A stretch of DNA of 64,000 nt from Eledone cirrhosa. Lineage: Eukaryota. Numbering within the stretch: position 1 is the first letter of the stretch; every line of letters begins with the position of its first letter. Positions 52,573 to 64,000 of the stretch are shown one piece after another. A program made the position numbers and the translations under genes. The DNA lies in assembly GCA_964016885.1 (NCBI GenBank), contig OZ024743.1, forward strand, positions 282,906,001 through 282,970,000, given 5' to 3'. Below the pieces are notes generated by a model. It was not told where the DNA came from and did no database searches. It was given only the letters and a program-made list of their open reading frames with translations.

Positions 52573-52627
52573 ATGTATGTATATATATATATATATATGT
52601 ATGTATATATATATATATATATGTATG

Positions 52628-52660
<33 letters not shown>

Positions 52661-52811
52661 ATATATATATATATGTATGTATATATATATATATATATGT
52701 ATGTATATATATATATATGTATGTATATATATATATATATATGTATGTATATATATATATATATGTATGTATATATATATGTATGTATATATATATATAT
52801 ATATCTGTATG

Positions 52812-52842
<31 letters not shown>

Positions 52843-52845
52843 CTG

Positions 52846-52884
<39 letters not shown>

Positions 52885-52964
52885 GTATGTATGTATGTAT
52901 ATATATATATATATATCTATCTGTATGTATGTATGTATATATATATATATATATATATCTGTAT
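52573..52964. repeat. G-type (TA)n array
   Basis: TGTATGTA and TCTGTATG units. Confidence 0.95.
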
Positions 52965-53128
52965 CATATTATCATCATTTTACATCCACTTTTCCCTGCT
53001 TGCAAGGGTGGGATGGGAACTGATTCTGGCTTGATTTCTACAGCTGGATGCCCTTCCTAACACCAACCTCATTTACAGTGAGTGCTGGGTGCTTTTTTGC
53101 CGTGGCACCTACACGACCACTTTGCAGT
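52965..53128 (-). mobile_element. RTE 3' UTR/tail fragment
   Basis: Close match to 34915-35060 (ctggcttgatttctacagctggatgcccttcctaacaccaacctcatttacagtgagtgctgggtgc). Confidence 0.8.
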
Positions 53129-53139
53129 GGAATAATAGG

Positions 53140-53301
53140 GACCCCAGTCCCTACCATCTCATTTCTACAGCTGAGTAAACTGGAGCAATGTAAAATAAAG
53201 TGTCTTGCTCAAGGAAACAACACATCACCCGGTCTGAGAATTGAACTCACAACCTTTCGATTGCTAAGTCAATGCTCTAACCACTAAGCCATGTGCCTCC
53301 A
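53140..53301 (-). mobile_element. tRNA-derived SINE, family B (related copies near 3640-3870 +, 15360-15460 -, 21080-21190 -)
   Basis: The reverse complement has A-box tggcttagtgg and B-box gagttcaattc, then ccttgagcaagacactttattttacattgctccagtttactcagctg. Confidence 0.78.
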
Positions 53302-56300
53302 TATATATATATATATACATATATATACACACACGTGAACAAGCGCAAGTCATTATTAGTCATTTAAGTAGTCAATACAAGTAGTCAATAAATTAATGCA
53401 GCCACTTGAGAGGTTAGTATAAACTGATATAGACCATGACTTTTCTGAGGGTCAGATTTTGTTCTGTTCTAGCAGTGCATTGTATAATTACTGTAGCAAA
53501 CAATGTATAATATAGGATGGAAGTGGACACTTTGAAAAAAAAATAACTCATAGGAACTATAAGCTATAATTACAGTCATAAACCTAAGAGAAAAAATTGG
53601 TGCCACACTACAAAGTGTGCCAACCATTGACTTTTAAGAGCTTAACTCTTTTGATACCAAATTACCTGAAACTGCCTCTACTTTTATGATATAAAACTGT
53701 TTGTTTGAAAATATTTATATTCACCTAAAAACCTTCCATCATAATTTTATGTACGAACCTTTGTTATTTTACAAACATTAGCATAATAAGGAGAAAGTTA
53801 ATTATATAAGTAAATCCCTCCAAAAACTTGATTCATCATTATCATCATCATGATTTAACATCCACTTTCTCTGCTAGTAAAGGTTGACCAAGTCAGTATT
53901 GAAGCGAGGTCACTGACCTCCCAGCCACTTGTGTATGGTCATATCAATTATTTCCCAAAATATTTGATAATTATAGCCAGTGTCTTTCGTGAGAAATATG
54001 GTAATGAAAGGATTAAAAGAAACAACAGAAATAACAATATTAATTAATATTGATAATATCTCATGTTGGTATAAGGCCACATACTTGTAGGAGAAGAGAG
54101 AGAGAGAGAGTCAATTGAATTGAACCCAGTACATTTCTGGTACTTAGAATGTAGCAGAATGAAACTATGATTCTCTACAATTTTTAACAAACCTGTTATT
54201 TTCAATCTCTGTAAAATGTGAATTTATAGAAGTAATAGTTGTTGTTTAGCCCTAGGTAGTTCTGGTTGAGCAGACATGATTATTAAGCCATGATTATTCC
54301 ATGTGTTCCAAGAAACACTGTATATCACAATGGCAGCCCTTTGACCAAGAATTAAGGGCTTTTGGATGATATGTGTGTGTGTGTGAGTTTCTGAGTGTTT
54401 TTATCAACACCATTTAAAGCAAGCAATGACATTTCTTTATGTCCTACACAAATAGAACTTCTGTTCTAGGACAATTTGGTGCCTTTCCCCCAAAACTAGA
54501 GAGACTAATGTTAAAGGAACTTATGTGTACTGCACAAATACACAGCAAATTACCAACAGAAGTTCTGAACTCAAGACCTTTGATTACAATATCAATTGGG
54601 TCATTTGCCAACTACATGTTGAAGTGAGAGTGGCAGTACTTATGAGTGTATGTGTGTATACATAAACCACAGCAGTACTGTTACACTGCAGCAATGAAAC
54701 AGCACCATTACACACACACACTGCAGCAAGAAATACTGTCACACATGCACTTCACTAGCTGTGCTACATACAATGACTGCAACACTGCTACAGATAATGC
54801 TACCACATACACTGCCACAAACACATACACACTAATATACACTATCATAAGTATTAGTAACACACATGCTACTGCAAGTATAACTACCATGCACTACTAG
54901 ATTAGCACACACACACTACCACAATTTGAACACTCATGCACATTATCATAAGCTGTATTACCAAACACACTGCTACAAGCAGTACAACTGTACACATACT
55001 TCAACAAACAGTACAGTTTGACCACAATTATCTGATCAAGATGGACAGAGAGTACTTTGTTTAGATAACCAATTTTTCAAATAAATGACTGTTCAGGTAA
55101 CTGATTGTTCGAATAACTAATCTGATCCTAAACAAACAAAACATAGTGAACATAATTATGCAAAAAAAAACATATTTACAGAGATTTTGTGTAATTTAAT
55201 CGATAAAATGTTGCCCTCTCTTGCAATTTTTGTTGCCTTTTACCAAGATCAGACCTTGCTAAATTTCACTTTTTCTGTTTAATTGCTAATGGTGTTTGCT
55301 TTCTCTTCATAGACATGATAACAGGAACAAACTTGTTAGTAACAAGGTACATACTCAGAACAATAGTATAGAGTGAATAAAGATACTACTGATTTTGCCA
55401 TACTTTTAAGTCTTTCAGCATGTCAGTCATTTTTATGTTAAAATTATTTAATACTGTTTAAAACTTTTGATATCAACTCACCCAAAATTACTGCTGATTC
55501 TATGAAACAGAACAACCCATTTTAAAGTCTTCCTATTTAAATTCAAATCGTCCAACACAATTTGATATAAAAATCTTTTATTCAATTATATTACAAATAC
55601 CATCTTAATGAAATAATACGAAGCATTGAGATTGTTGTTTTTGTTTTGAACTGTTTCTGCTTCACATTTGGTAATAACCCTGAACTATCATGTTGAAATA
55701 TACTGGGTAAAACATTACTTTTTGTTTTATTTGTCATCCTTTGCCTTTTATGTATTTCTACTGCATTGTACCAGCTTTTTGAAACTTATTGGTCTTTTAT
55801 TAAATAATTAATTATTTCAGTAAACCTCTCCAAAGTCTTCATTAATTAATTTAAATACAGTGTCTTTCATTATAAATATGGTAATGCAAAAATTAAGTTA
55901 ATTCGAACTACCTTTTTAATCCTTACAAACAAAAAATTGAATAGTAGCACCAGTATTATATTTGCCTTATCTTAGTATCTTGTTTGAAACACTGACACTA
56001 CAAGAAATAGTACTATTACACTCATAGTATGTTACAGTGTGCATAGTAGTATTACCATACACAGACTACAACAGTATTACAGACCTGCCAACTTCTAAAA
56101 AAAACAAATAGGGAGTACCATGAAAAAAAGTGCCCCAAAACGGGTAGAAATGAGGCAAAATGGGGGGGGGGGGATTTTACATAATGAAAGCTATATCCAT
56201 TTTCACAAGAGAAGACATCTCTCACCCACCCCAAAGTGGGTGGGAGATCTCCCTGTCAGACAGGGAGAGTTGACAGGTCTGGTATTACTCCCCATCATAT

Positions 56301-57329
56301 ACATTATGTAGAAAGCAGTACTGGGACACACAAGTACAACATTAATTCATCTAACAATACTACCACACATACTGCATCAAGCAATACTACCTCATACACA
56401 TTGCATCAACTAGTAGTGTTATACTAAAGCATCTCAAAAATGTATTTAGAGGTATTGCTACACTTACACTGCATTTAGCAGTACTAGTGCACTTGTGTAT
56501 TGTCACACATATGCACTACATATTTAACAATGCTATCATACATCTGTACTGTCATACACCCATGCACTGCATCAAACAGTACTACTACACACAAACATTA
56601 CAACAATATATTAATATATATGCACACTTAATTAAGCAACACTATCACAAGTGCACTATTGCAGCATATACAGTAGTAACACACACATATTGCAGCAGTA
56701 CTGCTACAAATAAGCAGTACTATCACCCAAACCAAAACTAGATGTTTGAAGCATTCTTTTTATCACCACCATCATCATTAGAACCCATAACAACTACATC
56801 AACTCCACCACTAGATGCAGCAGTGTAGAAAAGTATACCTGGATGCTGTCTTTATCAAAAAACCTAATCAATACAGAAGACTAAAAACAAATTAGTACAT
56901 ACACACAAGCCTGTACATAATGACATGCAGACAAGCACATACATAATGACATGCACACTTATGTATATACATAAAGTTGCAGTGATTCACTTTTAAAACT
57001 ATTTGTGCACTATGCTATCATCCAACTCTCTAAATTCCACCTAAACCTAATTGATGCAACTTTTCTTTTCTTTTGTCATACTCCTCTGTCTCACCTTTCC
57101 TTACACTATTTTCTATTCAAACAACTCTACACCATCACTCAAGAACACACCTCTTCGCATCCCCATTTTCTATCCTAACAATTCACAAGCAATTCTTCCC
57201 ATTAAGATCCTATCTCCTCCATCTTGGAGGGCCTGGAAAGGTTATAATTACTGTCCTTGCACTGTACTCTGCCAAATAACACTGTTGGCAACAAAGGATT
57301 TTGTTCTATGTACACAGAAATTAGACTAT

Positions 57330-58330
57330 ATGAAGAATGTGTTGGAAATGCTGCATGGTAGTGAGACAAAAGCACTGAATGAGTATGGTTTGAAGATGCA
57401 TTGCCTGCGCTGTGTTACCATACATAAAAAAGTGCAATTAGACATAGAAAGTGGCTGGGCATTATATACACCAGAGAATGTATGTAGGAAATGTGGAATT
57501 AGTGGTATGGATATATGATGTATATGGAAGACAGCAGCTGAGTGAAAAAATGTCATGTGCTTCAAAGTATCCATAGCAAAGGGAGACCAAAGAAATCAGA
57601 GGATGAAGAGGTGAAGTTATAATCTGAGGATATTGATTCTTGGAGACCCTTCATCATCATCATCACCATTTTATATAAGTTTTCCATGCTGGCATGGGTT
57701 GGATGGGTTGTCGCGTTTTGAAACTAAACAGGTCAGATGAACACATATATACACATAAATACACAGATATATATTTAACCACCTTCACTTTTCATTTCAC
57801 CTTCTGTGCATACTTTCTCTTCTTGGATAATATGTTGGGCTTTGTCTCTATCTCTTCTTTTCAGTTGCAGCACTTTGGTTTGTAGCAAATTTTATCTTAT
57901 TTGTAAATAATCGAAAGACCAATTGTTTTGTGTCCATTTGTTACTGTCCCATGTGCACTGGAGCTAGTTGTATTGAGCTCAAAACGAAACAACGTATCTC
58001 CAGCAGTTGACTGGTGAGAAAGGACTGTCCGGTGTTTTGTCCATTTTTCTGTTGTCTTTGCTCACCTTTTTTTAATTCAAATTGATATATATACATATAT
58101 ATACATATCCTCATCATCATCATCGTTTTTATGTCAGTCTTTCTATGCATGCATAGGTTGGACACCATCTTCCCACTTGCTGTTATCCTCCATCAGCTTG
58201 TCTGTAAGTTTCAGAGATTTGAGATCAACTTTTACCACCTCTGACCAGGTCTTCCTTTGTCTACTTCTACTACAGTTTCCATCTATTGGGATTTCCTGGC
58301 ACTTCTTCACAGACATGGACTCTATAAGCC
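57330..58330. mobile_element. Highly decayed RTE fragments and tails in both orientations
   Basis: MLHGSETKAL on + near 57350, KKCQEIPIDG...RKTWSEVV on - near 58200-58320, and (CAT)n tails at 57652 and 58112. Confidence 0.65.
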
Positions 58331-58507
58331 ATAGTGAAGGCACCCTGTCTAGGAGAGTAGACACTCCAAATAAAAACTGCTATAGATGGAGAGGACTCTT
58401 GAGTCCATTAAGACAGCCTCTCTAGTGCTGGTGACATGAATAATGCACCCAGTCCACTCTGTGAAGTGATTACTGATAGGAAGGGCAACCAGCCAAAATT
58501 ATGGAAA

Positions 58508-58555
<48 letters not shown>

Positions 58556-58609
58556 AAACAGTATCTCAGCTTACTCTAGGAAAGAAAATTATATACTTGG
58601 TAAGATTTA

Positions 58610-59575
58610 ATTGCTAATTCCTTTTGAAGTAGGTCCCTTGTATCCTCCCACCTTACTTAGTACAACAATCCTTCCACTGTTCGAAGCATGTTTGAAATGC
58701 TTCTTGCTGAATGGCTCTCAGCACCACCATCACAGTCTGCATGATGTCCTCCTTTCAGTAGCACCTTGAGATTTGTAAAGAACCAGACATTAGAAGGAGC
58801 CATCTCTGGAGGTCAGGAAGCCTGGAAATGAGCAAAATGTCTTTCTTTGCCATGAACCTTGGATCAGAGTTGTGACAACCAAGCCAAGAAACCTTGGATC
58901 AGCTATGATAAATGAACCAAGAAACCTTGTATCAGCTGTAATGAATGAGTGAATGAACCAAGAAACCTTGCATCAGCTGTGATGAATGAGCAAAGAAACC
59001 TTGGATTAGCTGTGATGAATGAGCTAAGATGTTGTCATGATGCAACTGCCAGTTTTGCAAGCTCCACTTATCTGGTCTCTTGTGCTGAACTGCATCATAA
59101 AGACGTTGGAGAACTTCTTGATAGTACTCTTTTGTAATTGTTTGTTCTTTTGTTGTTTTATTCATGATGCACAACACCTTGGTAGTAAAAGAAAACAGCC
59201 AGCATCACCTTCATTTTGCTCTGCACCTAACATACTTTTTTAGGCCTTGGTGACGTTAACTGTTTCCACTGTGACAATTGGGCTGTGGTTTCCAGGTTGT
59301 ACCAGTACACCCATGTCTCATCTTAAGTTAGCATGGTATTCAGAAGCTCAGGAACTTTGTTGGCAGTATCAAGTAAAATGAAAATATGAGAAGTAGGACA
59401 GCATCTCATATGCTTACTGCCTGCAGAGATAGATGCATCAAATGAGTTCATTAAAAATCACACATGTGCATGAACATATGCAGCTCTATTCTGCACACTT
59501 TTATCTCCCTGACGTCATTACTTCCCACAAGAAAAAATAAAGTCAGATAGTTTTTTGTTTTACAGATCTCATGTT
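58610..59575 (-). pseudogene. Decayed mariner-type transposon remnant
   Basis: QTITKEYYQEVLQRLYDAVQHKRPDKW...WQLHHDN..AHSSQLIQGF, then PEMAPSNVWFFTNLK (YSPDLAP-D-F-LF motif). Contains stops and internal duplications. Boundaries are approximate. Confidence 0.85.
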
Positions 59576-60298
59576 CCTCTTATACTATGGGAGGTCATGC
59601 CTTCCTACTCATTACTCTGTCAAATCCTACTACTCCACCCCACTTGTCATACACCCATAAAATCATACTCATCATTCTTTTTACCTCACCTATCCATCCT
59701 TTCTCACTTTCTCAGTAGGTAGAAAGGGCTCTGCAGTTGAGTCTATGATCAACACTCTCTCTGGTGCTGATATATGTAGTACACCCTGTAAGGTGCTTAA
59801 TAATAGGGAGGGCAGCTTTCTGTAGAATCCATGCCAAAAAAAGTGTCAGGAGGATTCTACAATTGTGTCAGAGGCACGGTGAATTCTCTAGTTTTGAAGA
59901 TCTACATGATAAATGCACCCAGTACACTCTGTAAAGTTGTAGGTGATAGGAAGCGAATCCAGCCATTAAAAACTTAGTAAACAAAGGTTGGGAGGACTCT
60001 TGGACCTTTTCAAGGACATGACAAAGTTCCTAGTGCTGGTGTAATGGTAAAATACAGTTGATAGAACATATGTGAGATGCAGGCCTCTAGCCCATCTGAG
60101 GCCAGTAGCTCTACTTGAATACTAACCTGGTCTGTTGACCCATCCAACCTTTTGCTTAATGTCGATTTTCCCTGATATATATATATACATATATAACCCT
60201 CCCCACTCTTAAGCGTGAACCTAATACAAACAATTTGTACTGCACTCTTCGTTATTGTTTTTGTTTTAACTTCTATATACATATATATATATATATAT

Positions 60299-60999
60299 GG
60301 CCTCTAAAATTGTCAAGGAGGCCGAGGGTGTCTTAGAATCACTCAGCAAGACCTTTATCAGCCGCTCTCCAGCTATCTATTTAAAGCTGTATATAGCTAT
60401 GGTGTGGCCACACTTAGAATTTGCATCACCAGTCTGGAACCCCTATCTTGCTCAGAACATTGACCGCCTAGAAACTGTTCAGAGACGTGCAACCAAGCGA
60501 ATACTCTCCATCAGGCATCTACCATACTCTGAATGCCTTGCTTCCCTGGGCATGGATACATTGAAGCTCCAATGTCTGGCAACTGACTTGGTAAACACCC
60601 ACAAAATTATTAACCATCTTGCCAACAACAATCCTGAGTACCTTTTTGATTTCCATCTGTCTAACACATGTGGACGCCAACAAAGTCAGAAAACAGCACA
60701 GCTCCCATGACTTTCGGAAACATTTTTTCACGGTCAGAGTTGCTGAAGCATGGAACAAACTACCTGCATCAGTTATTAGCTGTCAAGACACTACATCCTT
60801 TAAAACCTACATATTTCCTGAGATTCGCCAACACTACACCTAATATCCCCCCTCCATAGACACGCACACATGTATATCATGACTCATACACTATTCACTT
60901 CCCTGACATTTGTATATTATTCTATGTACCTCATCAAAGTCATGCACCTTTGATGAGTTGTAGTCCACCTGAGCACTGTACACAATAATTTCATTATTG

Positions 61000-61023
<24 letters not shown>
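60299..61023 (+). mobile_element. Second CR1-clade LINE 3' fragment with (TTA)n tail
   Basis: LYIAMVWPHLEFASPVWNPY...LETVQRRATK...RKHFFTVRVAEAWNKLP. It starts right after (TA)n and ends tgtacacaataatttca(tta)n. Confidence 0.88.
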
Positions 61024-61031
<8 letters not shown>

Positions 61032-61397
61032 TGCATACATTTGGAGACTTTTACACACTACTCATTTTCAAATAGATACATATATACTTATACTATATAC
61101 TAATACACAACTGTGACTGTCCCAGATGGCCCAGCAGATTTTGCTTTCTTCATGTCCTGAACAGCCTCTTTAACCCTATAACTGTAGACCTCAACAACTT
61201 GTCACTTGTCACGTGTCTCTTGTGTCTCTTTCTTTCACATATTCTCCACATTTAGTAACATTTCTATACCCCTTTCTTCAGAGTGTCAGTGAGCTTAAGT
61301 ACACCAGAGTTATTCTAGGCACTTTTCCCAACAATGCTTTGATTCACACTGACACACTACCTTGCAATCTTGAATTATACTTTAAAGAAACCACAAA

Positions 61398-61444
<47 letters not shown>

Positions 61445-62129
61445 AAAAATATAACTCAATATTTACAACAGAGTCTGTTTAATTTATTCAAGATTTCCCC
61501 ACAAACTGCCATTTTGTTTTGGTTATTTTGCCTTTTCAGAGAAAACTATAGTTGCTAAATTTATAAATCTATCATACATCTTTTATTAGAATCAAAATGT
61601 GTACCTAAAGTAAGGAGAGAGAATTAAAAAAATAAAAGAATGAAAAGTAAAACACTTAATTATGAAAAAAAAAAAAATGGTATGACATTAAATTCATATA
61701 AAAGGCAGTGAAGTATTGTTTTGGATTATACGTAAAAATTAACGTTTCTGATAAACTGCTATAATAGTCACATGCAAACTAAGTTTTATTAAATTTGAAT
61801 CTGGGAAGTGGTGAAAATGGAGCAAGGGAGATAATAGAGATGATATGATCAGCAAAAAATATAACACGAAAAATTTGTAAGTGAACTATGGTTTACTTGG
61901 TTGATTAGGAAGAATTTGTTATACCAAACATGCTAAGGGAAACTATGGTGTAGTTAGAGTAAAGGAAATCAAATAATTATGCAAGTGTGTGTGTATATAT
62001 GTACACACACATACATAAAAATACAAATACATAGGCTTATAAATTATCACATGAACTTACATATCAAAACTGAATTCTTGTACGTTTGTTATTAGAGGCT
62101 GAAAAAAATCAAAACACCTCAAACATCAG

Positions 62130-62975
62130 AATATCTTTGTATAAGAAAACAAGACTCTGATTCCACCCGGGAAATGGCCAAGGAGTTGGCATAAACTCTA
62201 AAGAATGTACACAATGCAGATCTTGGGTACACAAGAGGTGTAGTGGGATAGTAAGCAAACTAACAGGAAAGGAAAACTTCATATGTAATAGATGTTCAGG
62301 GAAAATTGATAGTTGAAGTGTCAGTGATAGGCACATTTTTCAAACGCAGGTAGGATAGAGGTGGTTGATAGTTTCTGGTATCTAGGTGAGCAAATTAGCA
62401 AGGGAGGAGGATGCTCCGAGGCCAGAGTATCTAGAATAAGGACAGGATGGAAGAAGTTTAGGGAGCTGCTCCCTCTGTTGACAATGAAGGGTTTCTCCCT
62501 ACGAATGAAAGGTCGGTTGTATGATGCCTGTGTGAGATGCGTGATACTGCATGGTAGTGAGACATGGGCAGCAACTGCAGAGGATATGCGAAAGCTGGAA
62601 AGAAAGGAAGCAAGCAAGCTCCGATGGATGTGCAATGTCAATGTGCGTGAACAACCAAGCATGGATGAGTTAAGAGTGAAACTGTGTATAAGAGGAATAA
62701 ACTGTAGTGTGCAGGAGAGAAGACTTGTATGGCTATGTGAGGCATATGGAAAATGACCGCTGGGTGAAGAAGTGCCAAGAAATCCCGGTGGAAGGAAGAC
62801 GCAGTAGAGGAAGACCACAAAGAACATGGGCGGAGATGGTGAGAACTGACCTCAGATTGCTGAAGCTCACAGAGGAGATAGCAAAAGGCCGTGGCGAATG
62901 GAGAGGTGCTGTCCCAGCCTTGCAAGCAAGGAAAAGCGGACGTAAAATGATGATGATGATGATGACAATGATGAT
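62130..62975 (+). mobile_element. Older frameshifted RTE LINE fragment
   Basis: GKW..GVGINSKECTQCRSWVHKRCSG and [39 protein letters not shown]...GRPQRTW, with a (GAT)n tail at ~62948. Confidence 0.88.
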
Positions 62976-63781
62976 ATATGTGTCAACATATATGTGATGC
63001 ATATGGATGATAAATGCTTTGTAAAGAAATGCAAGGTGATGCCAGTAGAAGGATGCTGTTATAGAGGAGGACTGAGAAAAATCTGAGCAGAAGTGGTTAG
63101 AGTTGATCTCAAAATGTTGAACCTCACAATGGAGATGACAAAAGCATGATACAAGTGGAGGGAGGCTGTACTGAAAAAGACCCATCCAACCGATGCAAGC
63201 AAGGAAAAGCAGATGCTCTCCTCCTTCATCGTCCCTTACATTAAGTGGTTTCACACCTTGTTTGGGACTTTCGAAAAAGAAAAAAATGTGCTCCACAAAG
63301 AGAGACAGAAATATAAGCACACACATAATAGCATAGAAACATGTAGTGTGCATGTATGAATTTATATACACACAGACATGTAAATCCTATAAATGAATAT
63401 ATGCACACTGCTACACACATACACAAACTATAGGCGTTTATATGAAATTATACACATATGTACATGAATGACATAGCATAAATAAACTTGGTACTAGAGG
63501 AATTAGATGTAGTGTGCAGCAAGAGAGAAGACTGTTAGCACATACATGTGATGTGTAAGGAAGATGACAGGTGTATAAATAAGTGTAGGGCTATCAAAGT
63601 GGAGATGACCTATGGAAGAAGTAGACCCAGAAAGACATTGAATAAAGTGAAGATTGGTTTTATGAAGTTAAACCTCATGACAGGGATGACAAAAAAACAG
63701 AAAACTAGAGATGACCTGCTCACATAAAAGCATGATGACCTATACCCACCTTTTCCCATTTCTACTGTATTATCTGCTACA

Positions 63782-64000
63782 CTCAGAAAGTACAATAACT
63801 AGGGTAAGAATGTCAGAAAGTACAATAACTAGGGTAAGAACGGGATGGAAGAAGTTTAGGGAACTACTACCACTGCTAGCTGCAAAAGGCTTCTCCCTCA
63901 GAATGAAAGGCAGACTGTATGATGTGTGTATCCGAACAGCGATGTTGCATGGTAGTGAGACCTGGGCGCTGAAGGTGGAAGACTTACGTAGATTAGAGAG
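63782..64000 (+). mobile_element. 5' junction of a young truncated RTE copy, continuing beyond the window
   Basis: 63813-64000 is the reverse complement of ~35450-35637 with one visible mismatch. A 28-bp direct duplication lies at the junction. Confidence 0.9.

Noticed and set aside
55010-55135. Possible pogo/Tc1-type terminal inverted repeat
   Set aside because: The resemblance is weak and no convincing partner end was found.
62061-62098. Possible 38-bp minus-strand exon (ttttttcag ... gtaagt) as the preceding Smurf exon
   Set aside because: The splice-like signals are present, but no frame resembles LCAKNL..KDFF and the length and phase do not fit.

Overview
AT-rich, repeat-dense eukaryotic (animal) DNA. 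The SINE/LINE families suggest a cephalopod, probably an octopus; this is inferred from remembered repeat families, not tested. The only host coding sequence I can support is one 109-bp minus-strand exon (26387-26495) encoding part of the C2 domain of a Smurf (Smurf1/2-type HECT E3 ligase), so the rest is probably two very large introns. Most long ORFs in the track are (TA)n translation artefacts. Between about 28 and 53 kb lies a nest of about 15 kb of interrupted (TA)n arrays. It holds young RTE LINEs (with a PHD-type finger inside ORF2), a CR1-clade LINE, a near-complete Penelope-like element (RT plus GIY-YIG) and a second Penelope 3' remnant. Both Penelope 3' regions carry minimal type I hammerhead ribozyme motifs. 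Three non-coding fold-back palindromes (4661-4800, 36734-37036, 52125-52485) each carry a different hammerhead motif mirrored on both strands and abut (TA)n. The C/G polarity of the TA arrays flips in register with most Penelope and hairpin termini. The flanks hold tRNA-derived SINEs, TTAA-flanked piggyBac-like MITEs, a decayed mariner, a 28-bp minisatellite and a long polypurine tract. A 200-N scaffold gap lies at 36533-36732.
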